64,000 nucleotides of DNA from the NCBI GenBank assembly GCA_002633005.1, contig NMRA01000763.1:95542-159541 (forward strand). The letters run 5' to 3'. A program made the translations under genes and the position numbers. The notes below the pieces were generated by a model, which was given only the letters and a program-made list of their open reading frames with translations, was not told where the DNA came from and made no database searches. This stretch comes from Phoronis australis (lineage: Eukaryota > Animalia > Phoronida). Shown in pieces: positions 10,816-25,800 of this stretch; within the stretch, counting starts at the first letter, position 1; every line of letters starts with the position of its first letter.

Positions 10816-13800
10816 CTGAAACAATTGCATATCATTTATATAGCATTCACATGTGAACATATTTATACCATGTTCACATGTAGATAAAACAATACTGCAT
10901 TAATATTGTGTTCACATGTCACGAGTAAGATACTGGATTCGCATGTTGACACAGTAATATTGCGTTCACATGTCGACAGACAGATACTGCAGTCACATGT
11001 GAACAGAATCAGATTACAAGAGCAACGCGGAGCGTTGAAATGCGCCCACAATTGCACCGCATACGGTATCCTTCTAGGGTTGTTTATTGGTACCATAAAG
11101 TGGCCAGTAGAGGGCATACTTTGCAAAATGGAAAGGCATGGTCATTGTCTCCTCAATAGGCTAGGGGCAAAATGTGAGTAATCTTCATAATACAAGCACA
11201 TCCTATACACCAGTTGCTTAAAGCACCACAGAAACATANNNNNNNNNNNNNNNNNNNNNNNNNNNNNNNNNNNNNNNNNNNNNNNNNNNNNNNNNNNNNN
11301 NNNNNNNNNNNNNNNNNNNNNNNNNNNNNNNNNNNNNNNNNNNNNNNNNNNNNNNNNNNNNNNNNNNNNNNNNNNNNNNNNNNNNNNNNNNNNNNNNNNN
11401 NNNNNNNNNNNNNNNNNNNNNNNNNNNNNNNNNNNNNNNNNNNNNNNNNNNNNNNNNNNNNNNNNNNNNNNNNNNNNNNNNNNNNNNNNNNNNNNNNNNN
11501 NNNNNNNNNNNNNNNNNNNNNNNNNNNNNNNNNNNNNNNNNNNNNNNNNNNNNNNNNNNNNNNNNNNNNNNNNNNNNNNNNNNNNNNNNNNNNNNNNNNN
11601 NNNNNNNNNNNNNNNNNNNNNNNNNNNNNNNNNNNNNNNNNNNNNNNNNNNNNNNNNNNNNNNNNNNNNNNNNNNNNNNNNNNNNCGTTCAGGATTTTTG
11701 AAGATACAAAGGTAAGCGTAAAAAACTAAAATTGCCACTAGGGGGCACACCGGTAGTCGGATCCGTCCGAAAGTTCGCACATGCCGTCCCATTCATGAAT
11801 GGAACATATGTGCCAAATTTCATGAACGTATGTCAAAAGGTTTTGGAGATAGAGCAGCAGACGCCGGACGCCGGACGGACGCTGCCCCGACGGACGGACG
11901 GACGGACGGACGGACAGAGATGACGGCATAATGCGTCCACATATAAATATGTGGGCGCATAAAAATCGCATTCAAATGTTGAGACACATACTGCATTCAC
12001 ACAATACTGTGTTCATACACTGACAGACTGATACTGTGCAATCAGTATTCATTCTGCACTTTATTCTTGTGTTCACCCACAGTGTGCCTGGTGCTAGCGA
12101 TCAGAGAACCAACCTATCACACAAGATGAAGATCAATATCTCACCTACAGTAGTCCATATAATATAAATTCATTTTGTGGGCAGTAACGTCATCTTTTTG
12201 CACTAAATTAAATGTAAAAACAAATTCTCACCTTGTAATAAACAGCTTCTTTTGCATACATGTGGTCATCGACGCGCCTGAATTTTTCTGCCGCTTGGCT
12301 AAGATAGTCGACAGCATTCAACAAGCCTAAAATAACAACACTAGCCAGCTGAGACAAATACCATAAAACAAAAGCATAACTTTATGCCACTATGATGAAT
12401 AGCTACACTTGGCTATCTATGATTGGAAACTGCTATTAATCACATTAAGAGTGTTAGGTTACATATATTCATCAGATGACTTTTGTCCTGTGATGCATGT
12501 TGTGAGAACACGATAATAATCCAGCATTGTACATACAAAAACTAATAAATGACAATTTGTCTATCTTTGAAGCAGTCAATATGGTAAAGTATGACCAATT
12601 TCAATTATGAATTTATTGACGTTATTGTCCTTTTTCATTTTTCAACGACTACTAACATTGTTGTGAATGACCACACTATTTCAACAACTTGCCGTAGAGA
12701 ATTTGAAAGAAGTTAGTATACATGATGCTGATTACGGTTTAGAAAAAAGTAAGAAACTTAATTTTCAATTCAACTGAATTGTATTCTAAATTAATGTCAT
12801 TTATCAGATTAAATGTCCATTCACTATTTGAAACTGATCCTTGCTGAGATGGATAAAGGCAGAGTTTGAAAAGATATTTCCTTCCCACCAGCTATCTGAT
12901 GAGAATTTAAAACTAATACCCCGTTAATATGATAGCGTTTCCACAAGCACTTTCCCTAGCAGCAGAAACGCCAGTAATGAGAATGGCTACAAGCCAGGGT
13001 AACTTTGCTGGCACGGGTGGTGTTTGGCACTAGCACTTTTATATCCATAATGCTTACTTCAAAGAACACACATGCGCAGGCCTGGATAACAGGTATTTAT
13101 TTTATCGTCGCAATTTCAGAGAGTCAGCGTGTTTTGAAACCAGTTTTCCCTTAGGTGGTGAAAAAACAAACTAGCTGCTGGCAAAAATGACCCCTTCTCA
13201 AACAGCATGTCTGGCGCTCTTACTATTGTTTTAGCCAGTAAAACTGCTAGCATTTTCGCCACTCATGTGAACCTAGTGTAAAAACTCATACTAAAAATCC
13301 AAAACAAAGGCTTCCACCACACAAAATATGATTAGAGTATCTCGGCAGCAAAGTTTCCGTGAGACAAGATTTGTTGAACGTGACATTCCATAAGTTATTA
13401 ATGGCCTTAACAGATTAACGATCTTATTAAACAAAATATAATTGAGACTAAAAACTTTACAATGGATGGTATTACAGTTTCATGCACAAAAAACCTTCCG
13501 TTTTTAAACCAGAAGGCAACACAAGTTCCTGGCATCATGTGGCCAGTGATCATGTGACTGGCAAACACGTGACCAGTAGTCACATGACCTTTGACCTCAT
13601 TACCTGTGATCTGAGCAAGCTGCGAACCAACGTGACTCACCTTTTGTCTTCCTGTCCGTCGTCTCCGTGGCAGACTCGGCTGCGTGCACTTTTGCATAAA
13701 GCAGCAGCGCCCTCCCTTGGTCAAATTGCGAGGTACTGGCATAGACATCTACCATACAACTGTCCAGCAAATCAAGCGCCTGGCGTGGTAATCCAAAGCA

Positions 13801-16800
13801 GTACTGAAACACAGACACAGACAACTAAAATATATTCACAAATTTCACGGTGCTTGTCATTTTTGACAAAAACCTTTACCATTAAGAGAAGAAATTAAAT
13901 TTAAAGAGGTACTTAAACCTGCTATAAAAGCTGCTTCAACTTGTTTTCATTATGATGAGAAGTGCTTTCTGGACTCCTGCAATAAGGAACAGTCAGTTCT
14001 TCACAAGCTCAGAAATCACTACTTAATTATAAAAGTAAGAAAAAGTCAATACCAATTTTATAATTAGCTGATGGACATTGTCGCCCATCCAGGTGAAGTA
14101 GCGTCAGATCCAATGTCTTGAAAACTTTTCAAGTGAGTTTTCCAAAACTTTTCAACTATAATTGTTTACAGGGCCAAATAAGTGCCGTAAATCAGTTCTT
14201 TGAGAGAAGGTTGGTTTACAGCGACAGCTCCAAAGAACTACTGACCACACTGGGCACACGTCATACCTGCACGCTGGCCAGCACCAGTCTGCTCATAACT
14301 ACCCAGTAGCCCAAATGGTGGCGCTGGCTGTGGCTTACACACTCGAGGGCGTGGCTCAGGGCTACAGGGTGGTTCCCCATCTGACAGAAAAGTTCAGCCA
14401 GCAGCAGCGTACACCTGAAAGTGCAGTGTGATACTCATGTTTAGAATATCTTCTGTTAGCGATAAAGTCAAACAGTGCCATTGTTGAAGTACATTTCGAC
14501 AATGATTTCAAGACGAAATTGATAATTCTAACCGGGTAAGTGATAATTAAAATAATTAGGAATCACAGGAGCGCTACAGAAACCGTTAGTAATTGCTTAC
14601 TGAGATCCGCATTTTGAGAATCAGTTCACTCCACTGAATAACAGGCATCAAACTGGTTCTTAAAATCTTGGACCCCATAAGTGTCTAGAGCTGAAACAGA
14701 ACCTCAACAAAACCCAAGTGACCTGAACAGCAACTCAAACACCTGAGGCTCATAAAATGGTGAGAGAATAGGAAACAAACTATGCAGTGGTTTTAAGACA
14801 GTGTTAAGAATCTACACTCTTGGAGAATTTTTACGTATTAAATTGTCAACTTCTATATTCCATTTCTCATCAAGAATGTCTCTTTAAATCTCTAACACAC
14901 CGAGCAATAAATTCAGGAGGGTTCTCTTCATTCTTCAGAAGTTTCTGTAACGTTTCTATAGCCTTAGGCGTCCGCTCTGTATGACGCAGCACAATGGCTT
15001 GCCTATAAATTAAAATAGAGAATAAAAACATTAGCAAGCAAACAGTGAACCTTTCAAGAGCCCTGAAACAAATGTGGCTGCCCACTAACTCTTGAGGTCC
15101 GTATAGGAAGCGATGTTCAACTTCCCCAAGCCAAAGTCATGGAGCATAGTGGGTTGCTTCGCAGCCATGGCTGGAAGTCATTTACAGTCAAGTCAACTGA
15201 AGCAAAGCAGGTTAAGTGGCATGCTTGTCCAAGAGCATAAAGGATTGACTATATAACTGAAGGAATACAGCAGATGAGACTTGAACCCATAACATTTGAT
15301 CAGTAGGCAGTCCGCCGCAGTAGCAGTTGAAATCGCAATAACTTGCCCATCAAGTTCATTCACAAAATAATCAATCAGCCGCTAAGCGCAATACGTGCTA
15401 TAATTAAAAATCGCCAAAAGTTCTATTTCAGAGCAAGAAAGTTTAACAAACTGACAGACACCTCTGACAAGAAGTTCGTCCAAGTTTGGCCAGTTCTGTC
15501 GAAGTCTGTTTTTGTTTTGAAAACAATAAAGAAGCTTTTAAGACATAAAATGTAGACTGAGTGACCAATGTCAAAGCATTGGTTAACACGACACATTAGA
15601 ACCTCATGTGCACATTTCAAGAACATTGTCATACCTGTAATCAGATTCTGACAGACTGTAGATGCCAATGTTCTCAGCACACTGCTGTGCCTCATGCCAC
15701 TTCCCACGATGCACAGCAAGGTCAAAGTTCACTTCCTGTTCACAGATCATCCACCAAGCGTTAGTGAACGCAGCAGATGTCCTCTTCAGGATCTCCAGCA
15801 GTTTGCTGGTCTCACAGTGCATACCCTGGAAACCAACCGAGCGGTGAATTTTCATCATCTTATAGGGACTGGTAAAATGCAGGAAAGAACGGACGCTGCC
15901 ATCTGGTGGCACAAGGAAAAACTGTACTCGTCCGTGTTACCGCCCACGGCGCTTAAATTGGGGAACCAAAAAACAGGGGGTGGGCGGTAAGCTGAGCATG
16001 GGCAGTTAAAATCGAAATTTTTTGAGAAGTCAGGAGCTGTTGCTTACTGCACGGAGGACCGATTTTACCCTGACGGAGCTACACTGACGTTGGAATTCAG
16101 GCGTATCAGTTGAAATATAGGTCGGGGGATTGAAGTAACAGAGTTCGACGGAATGCGCACAAGATACAGCAGTGTCGTGATCTTGAACATGATTACATGA
16201 TTGGGTTTTTACGTATCTTGGTCGCTAATGGTCATCTCTCAGAACTAAAGGTATTCCTAAAGGTACATGTAGGCGTGGGTTCAGTAGGGCAAGTTTCTTT
16301 AAAGAAAAGACAGATCAAACAAGACTTTGCTAGTTCGCGGTGCATTTTTAAGGAAAGTACTTGATGATTCCCGCTGGACACTTAGGCAACCAAGCATGTG
16401 CTAATGATTGACAGGTCTTCTTACTGAATACTTTGAACTTAGACAATCAAACACATGCTAATGATTGACAGGTCTTCTTATTGAATACTTTGAACAGTGT
16501 TAACATTTTACATACATTGTATATTTCTTTTTTAGTTCAAACCCAACACTGCTGTTGTTCAAAGCACGTGCTCAACAATCGGAGGATGCTACTATTAGGC
16601 AATACGTGTACTCAGTCAGCTGCTAAAATAATGAAGTAAAAATACATCTTGTAAAAAGTCATCAGGCAAATCAAAAGTTCAAAAACTTATGTTTTTGACC
16701 ACGTGGAACGAGGACAGAATGTTCGACTTGCACTACTGACAAGTTGATTTTTGCGCTCTTTCCTTTGGTTGGTCGCTTCCATTTTGGCGTAAGGAGTGAA

Positions 16801-19800
16801 AGTCGTTTAAAATATGCGTTTAACCAAGACAGGAACAGCGATACCAATTGGCTTGTCAAAATGGACCATGTCCTTTCTTATTTCAATGCTCAGGGTGGTT
16901 ATGTTTTGTGTACTTTCACAGGGAATCACAGAAAGGTTGGCCACGGACGTGATATCCCTGTGAAGTACTGCTTTGTTGGTTCTTCTACAGCAAGTGGAAT
17001 ACATACGACAACCGCTGTCTCAGTGATCAGTACATGCCAACACGAGTTCCACGCGTGAGCCAAAGGAAACAATCGTGTCTCCTTCAGTAAAGTGCATGAG
17101 AATACGGGTATTTAACTGCCATAGTAAGGCAAGGCCCTGGTTCTGTTACAACTGATTGGTTGTCACAGAAAGGTAAGCCAGTTGCCCACGTTTTGGAATC
17201 TTAATTTTGTACGACAAATGTTCACAGAAGCACAGATACTTTTACGGAAGTCTCGATCATGAAAATTGGAGGTGGGAGATAAGCCGAGCAAGGGCCGTAA
17301 CCCGGACAAGTACAGTATTCTCACTCACAGTGATAGGCAGAGATGTTAACTTCACATTAAGGTCCAATTAAAATTTAACAAAAAACTAATGTCACAAAAC
17401 TTCAACTAAACCGACAAATAATTCCGAGCTTGTCCAAGTCTGACAGGTTCTTGCGAAGTTTGTCCAGTTTATTTCTAAAACTACCATAGCTGTTCAACCT
17501 CTGACCTATGACATCATAGCCACCCTCCTTACCTTATTGGCCAGATGCCTCACCAGGTGACACAATGCTAGCTGTTCACTCTCCGTCTGTTGCTCAATGC
17601 CTCGTTCACTAGTGTTCAAGTGAAGCACTGTCTGAGAACACATAGAGGTCAGCTCACTGAAGGAAAGGAACAAGTAATTTCTAAGTCACATCCAGTGTTC
17701 AGGCCCCTAAAAACCAGCCCACAATGAAAATAGTCTCATTATGTTCTTCATTCAATTGAGAGGCGATTGGAGGGCTTGGGTGTAATTTACTGTCTATTAT
17801 TGCATGATACTAGACTCGACAACTTGACCTTAACACAGTGAGTCATTTTATGCTCCAACCAGAAACACTTTGCTAGTTCGCACTATTAAGGTCACAAGCT
17901 TACTTCCTAATAATAATCCTTTCACTAATGTGACCTTCAGTGACCTCTGTTTGCCAAATTAGTAACCAGAAGGCAGCGTAAATGAGAATTAAAGCAGTAG
18001 TAACACATGTTCTGTGGAAGAAACTGACTTGATTTCAACCCCTAAGCACCATACTGACTATAGAGAGTGTACAAGACATGATTTACAGATAATGTATGAT
18101 GAATTTAATAGCTAAGTCAGGTGACCTCAAATATAATGTAATCATTACGACAAGAATACAGAAAAGAAAGCATAACAGCATGTCAAAGACTATTTGCAAA
18201 AATGGACAAAACCTGAATAGACTAAAAGAAAGATCAGTAGTATGCACGTAAAATGAAAATGAGTTTCATTATGTGGTCGAAATTTCGACAAGAAAAGCAA
18301 GCATTGTGTTTTGTCCTTACCCGATTCCGTAGAGGCTCCATAGGCTAGCTTTCTGTGCACAGTTCTGAGACATGAGATCGCTGATAGAGTGCTGGCAGTT
18401 GAGTATGTCACTCTTCAGAAGGTACTCGAATACACTGCAATAAACACAGTTGAGTGAACAGTTGTTACCAGAGTAATTCATTCATCCTAGGTTTCATAGA
18501 CCCAAGACACTGGCCATGCATACGCGGAGAGGAATCTTCGTTTACATCAAAGAAATAGTAAATTCTACACCATAATTCATGATTTCAATCCCATAATTCA
18601 TGATTTCAACCCCACAATGCAACATTCCAACCTCACCAACCTATCACTCCACAAAGTTCTGAGCCAATAAATCATGTGCTTACTCAGCTAGAAATTACAA
18701 AATCATCATCCTATTGGGCAGAAATTTCTTCGCACTTGGAACTTGTCACCTGTGACCACAGAAACAGACAATAACTACATAATAACATGCCATCATGTCA
18801 ATTAATAATTACCTGATGTAGAACCAAAGCAAGTAAAAGAGTGTGCATTACCTGGAAGGCTGTGCTGTTGCCAGTGCATTGTGCTTAGCCAGTGACTGTA
18901 CATTGAGGGACGTTAGGTACTGAAATAAATAGAAACAGCCATGTGCTTGTGATGGCAGAATTTGATACAATATACACTGTACAATCAACCCGCGTTTCGG
19001 ATACTCAAAAACCTGTTCTTAACAAAGTTCACTGTAACCAAATCAACTTGTACACAGTCCATTTGTGACTTATAATGGTGACTGAGCGCAAGTGGAATTC
19101 TGCATCATGACGGGTAGATGTAAAAGTAATTCCTTAAACGACACCTGAATGCAAAAAAGGAAGTCCCCATTTTGACCCCAGAGGAAGTATTGTGGCCTGA
19201 AGGGACAGGTGCCCGACACGATGTAGAAAGATTTTGTCCAGTTACGTTTGGCACGTACACATACAGTGGATACTGTCATTCAAAAGAGGTCATTTCTGGT
19301 ATTAAGAAGCGTATTTTCACAATATACCCAGTAACCGCTGGGAGAGCACCACATGGATTTTTACTAGAATGTGAAGTACAGGATGTCTTGCTCAGGACCG
19401 CCCCCTTACTTACCCACAACGACAGTTTCTCCGCCTTACTGACAGACCTTTCCATCATGTGTGCTACTTTAGATGTCGATTGGTCCTCCAGTCTGTGAAG
19501 CCAACCCTACAGCGGGATCATAATCACAGGTCAAAGGTCAAGAAATAACTATTGTGAAGCAATTGGAAGGAGTGGAATTAATGACCCTTAACGCAAGTGT
19601 CAATGTTCGTAAAATTTGCAACATGTCACAAATTCAATCAAGTTACAATTTCACAAGCTCCTCTGAACATTTCCTTACTCACATATTAAACAGGCATGTT
19701 CTTTGAAACAATTTCAACTGTACAGACATTTTTCGATATAGCAGCAAAATGATAGAATACGCCTCGTCATTTGACGGCAATAGATTAGAACTTGCGACCA

Positions 19801-22800
19801 CCATGGCCTCACTGCCGTGGGATATTAAACTGATTCACAAAAAATACTCAATGTTTCAGAATGTCTGTTCATGATAGACATTGTAATTCCTCCCTTGTCA
19901 TGACTCACAAACTAGAACTAGAAATCAGGTCAAGCCAATGAAACCTGTGTCACAGTTGTTAGAGGCCCGTGCCTTAGCACGCTGCTCTGTAGCCACGTAG
20001 CTACCACAACACGGACAGACGTTATCCAAACCATATTCAGGGGCCCATGTTTCACAACTACACCATGCTGCCCCACGGTAATGTAGCTACCACAGCACAG
20101 ATGGCTGTTGCCTAAAATATATTCAGAGGCCTGTGCCTCATCACCAGACCATACTGCCCTCTAGTGGCATAATTACCAGAGCATGCTGCAGACAGGCGTT
20201 ATCATTGGCCTCCTGAGCCAACCTGATGGCTTCATGTAGAGCTTCGCGTGCTTCTTGCCTACAGAAAACAAGAAATTGTTGGAACCAACACCATGTCTAC
20301 TGTAACATCAATTCTAAAAGGTGTGGGCTTTATATAAAGCAGCATCAGCCCATTTCCATTTGGTATTATTTGATGGCAACACCTCCCAATGTAAATAGAC
20401 TAGAGCTGGGTATAAAAAGGACAATACATTTCAGGAATGGCTAACTACAACAAAGGGGGTTTAGGAAGTTACATCTTAGATGACAAGCAACGCAAATGTA
20501 GGCGACGGTTGCTTTATCTGCTACACATACATGCATAGTTCTAAAAATTGTTGAAGATAATACATGTAGTTTATTGCCTTCCTTGTAGTTCATGACCGTA
20601 GGATACAGCAAAGGTCACAAATGTTTGACCAACCAATTAGAAAGGAATCGCAGACCAATAGGTAAAAAAAAAACACAGCAGTAACAGGATTCAGCGAGTA
20701 TGTGTGCACATTGGTACAGCAGTTGATCCCTGTCACCAGGAGGCTCTGACGACTTCAATGCACACTCTTACTGTTAAATCTAGCCTACCAAATCACAGCA
20801 ATTTTATTTTGAAAATTCACCCTTTTTCTTTGTGTTCTCGTAAACCAAATAGTAACTTCTGTTCACATGGTCAAAATTCTGCATCCATGATACAAATATG
20901 CCAATACATCTACAATCGTGACCTCAGCATTTTGAACAGTTGCATATTCCCTACCATGTAAACAGTATGTACACGCCTTACACTGGCATGTTTGTGTCAT
21001 TTGCCTATCATCAGTGCTTAACATTGAGAACACATCCACATCTAGTTACCATTCAGTAATAATTTTAAAAGCTGTAAGTTTAAAATTTTGCGCCTTGGTT
21101 GTACTCGGGAAATCTGCCAGTGGACAGATGCGCCCGATTCTGGATTATTTGTGCACCTTCCAATACAGGCCTAAATATGTGCACAAACGACAACCTATCC
21201 CCACTATCTGTGTTACCTGTGCCCAAAGTGGCAGTGCAGTGCGGCCACATTCAGCGCAGCATATCGGAACGCTCTGTTGTCATCGCCGCCGTCTTTCGAC
21301 TTGGTGGTGACCTCGGGTAGCACGTGTCTGTCGAAGAAGTGGTAAATACTGTGCACTGACCCACAGTACTCTCTGACTCTCAACTGGTTTAAGTAGCTCA
21401 GGTAGTGCTGGTGGATAATAATAACAATAACAATAGAAATACTAATAACAATAATAACAATAGCAACATTTATAATAATAACAATACTTTAAGGATGCTT
21501 AATTACCTAGAAAAATGTGCAAATTTGGCAAAGTTTGGAAAATCATATCTCGGAAGTGGTCGACTGTTCTCCAAAACCTTCTTAGTGATTGTTCCTAAAA
21601 AGTTCCACATGATAGTACCTTTATCATTCTTATTAAATAATTCCAGCTGCATAAAACGAAAACAAAATGATAGTGATTTTAAGATTACACCTTGAATATT
21701 TATATCAAATAAAATCTGACCATAATAGCAATATTGTTGGTGTGCTATCAATGTGTCTTTCTCTTAAACTAAATTTTAATAAAAAGACAGGGTCATGTGA
21801 CCCTCTTTAACACCGCTGCAAATTACTTTTGTTTCTCCCTGGCATAACCTCACTCAAGGACCTTTGAAAGGGAGGTCTTAACATTCACCAAGTTGTACTT
21901 GTGAATATGGCACCCTCTTTTTAAGGTAGGTGTATACACTGGTCAAACCTCCATGTTCCTATCTAAAATAAATATATAGGTTTTAACTAGTTAGAAATTA
22001 CTCTGAAAGTGACAAAAATCAAAAAAAAATTATTGTAGTTCGTTTTTTTAAAAAAATCATATTTTTTATTTTTCAAAAAATCCTATTTTACCTCAATTTC
22101 TTTTTCAAAATGCACATGGATTATCATCAACTGTTTCCTTACACAATATTCTACTTATCCATACCAAATATATGTACAAAATCATTATGATCTTGATTTT
22201 GTGGCTTTTTTGCGTGTGAGTTGGGGCAAGCACGCCACTTTCTGTAATTTGGTCACTTTCCGTCTATTAACTAAAAATCAGTTCCATGTATCAAAAAACA
22301 CTGGCACGCGAATTTTCTTCAGTCCTAGAGGATTTCAAATTTGCAAACTTCGTAAAAATTGACCCACGTGTTGCGGAAAAATAGGCAGTGATGGCTTCGG
22401 TAGAACTTGGCGTACTCAATTTAATTTTTTTGCAGATGGGCAAACAGACTCAAGTTCGGAACAGGAGCTAGTTCACCAATTCACCACCAACTTTCACATG
22501 GTCAAAAATAGAATTATTTTATTTTTGGCCTTGCTAAATCAATATCAGCTGGCCGGTACAGCACTCTCGATTGCCCGGTTACGCAATGTTTGTTGACAGT
22601 GTTAGATTAGAGCTAGTTTCCTGGTATAAGCACCGCCCCACTTGTAAGTCACTGAGCTGGTGAGCACTCAAGCCATATGACTTATGGAAGCTTGGTCAAA
22701 TATAATTAAAAAAACAACTTTGGATTTTCAAAATGGTTTTATTTTTCTTCACTATACTGTGCATGAAGAATTGAAGATTAGGATGATACAAAAATTAAGG

Positions 22801-25800
22801 TAAAAAACAGTCAAAATTAAATTTTTGTGTATCTTCCCACCTTAACACCTGACCAGATTGAGAGCACAAAGCGGCACAATAGTCACTTACTGGGCTCCCA
22901 CATTTTGAGAACCAGTTTTCTTCACTGAACAACAGGTATCAAACTGGTTCTAAACATCCAGGACTACAGCTGAAAGTAGTCCATCAGAATGGAAGGGTGA
23001 GTGGGACAACTGTACCACGCCACCTACAGAATGCATGCATTACCACAGCAAGGATCGCTGTCACACTAGTGCCACCTTATGAATTTAATGTCGCTGTTAA
23101 AGAAAATTGTCGCGGAAAATTATCCCAGGAGTTTTGTTTTCCAATTGTCGAGTTGCTACAAACCAGCCATTGTCAAAATAATGCGATTTTGAATTTTGAC
23201 CACTTGGCATTATGGCAATGACTCCTTAATCAATCAGCTCTTCATTTCATGAAAGTGCCTAAAGATTTAAGAATGAAATCTGGTGTTTCACTCCCACCTC
23301 AAATTTGCAGAATAAGAATAACGCCACGTAGATATTAGCCCACCAAAGTCTAGAAATAACTTATAAGAATTATCTCATGTAACCAGCAGTTATCTGTAAA
23401 TTCTCAGACTCTGCATTTTTTGATACAGTGAGATTTAATTATTTTTCAGAAATAATTGTTTGAGCGTCAGACCAGATTCCTGTCATAAGTCTATAGTCAC
23501 TTTTCATGAAACAGGCCCCAAAAGCCATTTCCTGACTTAGAGAGAATTGAGTTTGAATTTCTTGAAATCAGACTCGACAAGTTGGTACATAACAGCAAGT
23601 GACAATCATGCACCTAGCACGACACCAACATCTCACAAACTGTTGGTTCAAAGCCAGTTCCTTAGACAGAATGCCTGTTAAAGGAGCTTTGAGCCTGGTC
23701 AAACTTTCAAAAAGAAAACCCTGCAATTGTGAATGCCTCTCATTCCAGGAAAATTTAGTTGAAAAATCACAGAGTAACAGACAGCGAAACTTACTGCTTC
23801 GGCAAAATTTGGGTTGCTAGCCACGAGTTGTCGTAGACGCTGTTGCAGGTCCGTTGGTGATGCAGCCTCGCTTTGGTTGCGGTGTAGAAGGTGTGTCTGC
23901 CGTGCGACAAAGAACTCAGCTTGACGTAGAGAATAGCAGCCTCCGACAAATGGGTCTGCAGAGCTGTAAAAGGGGAACTAAGTCAATAAACAAATTTTGA
24001 AACAGTAAAATGGGACATACTTTAGCAAGAATATGCCAATCTAAACCAAACTATGGGGCTATTTGCGCCAGAAATATTTGGCAAAGATGTGAACTTTTGC
24101 CACGAAAAACAATTGTTTGAAACTTTTATTTTCATTCCTTTGTCACCATAAAATAACATAGCTATCAAACTTCAGGCACAGGTGTATTGACATTACTGCC
24201 CAAAGCTGACAATTCTCGTTACAGTGGGCAAATAGGTGGAACTCCTGCACCCTGTGAATGGTGTTGTTCGGGATAGGAAATGAATATGTTAATTTTTGAT
24301 CCCAGCAAGAACGATTCATAGTAATACACATTCATTTCATTGATTCTCACCCTCAGTTACTAGACTTGCGCTAGTTTTAAAGGTATTAGCCGTACAATGT
24401 TTTCCCCTGGGTAATTTTATACCGTCGGACCGACAAACACCACGTCCAGAGTGTAAAAAGTTATTGAGAGACTGGGTCATGTTTGCCCTTGAAATAGTCT
24501 TCTATTCGCGGTATTGACCTTTTCACTTGCAGACAACAAGCAGCAACACCTACACGAGATCTCGCTATGAAGCAAGATATTTCCATTACCATTACCAAGA
24601 GTGCTGAACAGTTTGCTGCGATAAAGCAGTGATTTCTGGGGGAGAACTCCGAATCGAAGGCAGAATGCCGTTGGTGGCGCAACTTAATTCGACTTGACTG
24701 TGAATCAACACGCGAGTAGGTTTCAAAAAATTAATTTTTATTCATTTGTCAAGTTGCGAAAGCATTCGCCCTGTTGGCTCTACCTTCGCCAGTGTCGCTC
24801 AGAGCAAGTGAGCCGCTAGCGCAAGCCTAGGGTTACATCCTCAGTCACTATAACATAGCTGCAGTGAGGCTTTCATGAAAATACGGTTCTATCAAAGTTA
24901 TAACAACTAACAATTACATTTCTTGGTTCGCTGTCCCATTGTCCATCTTACCAGAGATCATTTAATTTAGTTATTATTTAGTGCATAGTACTTTCTACTG
25001 TATTCCTTGTACTTGTATTACCATATATTTCGCTAACCTTAACCTCCTTTTCATATCCGGCAACAAGCTTGCGACGCATGTACTATTTACAATTGAGACA
25101 AAGGTCAATCATAAAAACAACATTATACGTTCAATCACTTGAAAATTAGTCAGGAATTTTTGCTCCACAATTCTGCAAATTTCCAACAAAATTGTAAAAT
25201 TAAAACAAGAAAACTGTCATATCTAATAGCAATCAGAGCATTACTCGACAAAGATAATTATTTAAATGCAGATTCATCAGTCATATGATATGTACTCAAC
25301 AGTACCACAAGAGTCATCCCCTTCATTAGAAGTAATTCAGGACTAAAATTCCAAATTGCACAATAGATTTAGGAAACAGTGTATCCCTAAATTATCAAAT
25401 AAAGTGAAAGACAAAAGCCTGTCCTACAGTACACAATACAACGCTGCAAACTTAACCAAGTCATGTCATGGCTATTTCTACTAAATGCAGGGCTCCATTT
25501 GGCGACCTACAGGTCACCAATTCAACCTCAGATCTTGTTTTATGACCTTGTAAAAATCACACAGGTCGACACAAAGTTACCCCAAATCATCAACGCATGT
25601 ACTCAAAATACAACAGGTAATAAACAGATGAAAGTTGGAATTGTTCGCTGAAAACTGAAACGTTTTGATCATTTTTATCTGGACCAGGAGGTGGGACTAT
25701 ATGAGATTTTGTTCCAAAAGGGGGATATTTTAGGTCTTTAATGAGCAAGCGGGATGCTTCTAATTTTCCATTCGGGCAAAAAATACCCATCAATCTTGGG

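Noticed and set aside
11142-11792. Long ORFs with X runs (also 32000-32559 and 59851-60543)
   Set aside because: Artefacts of N-gaps and microsatellites.
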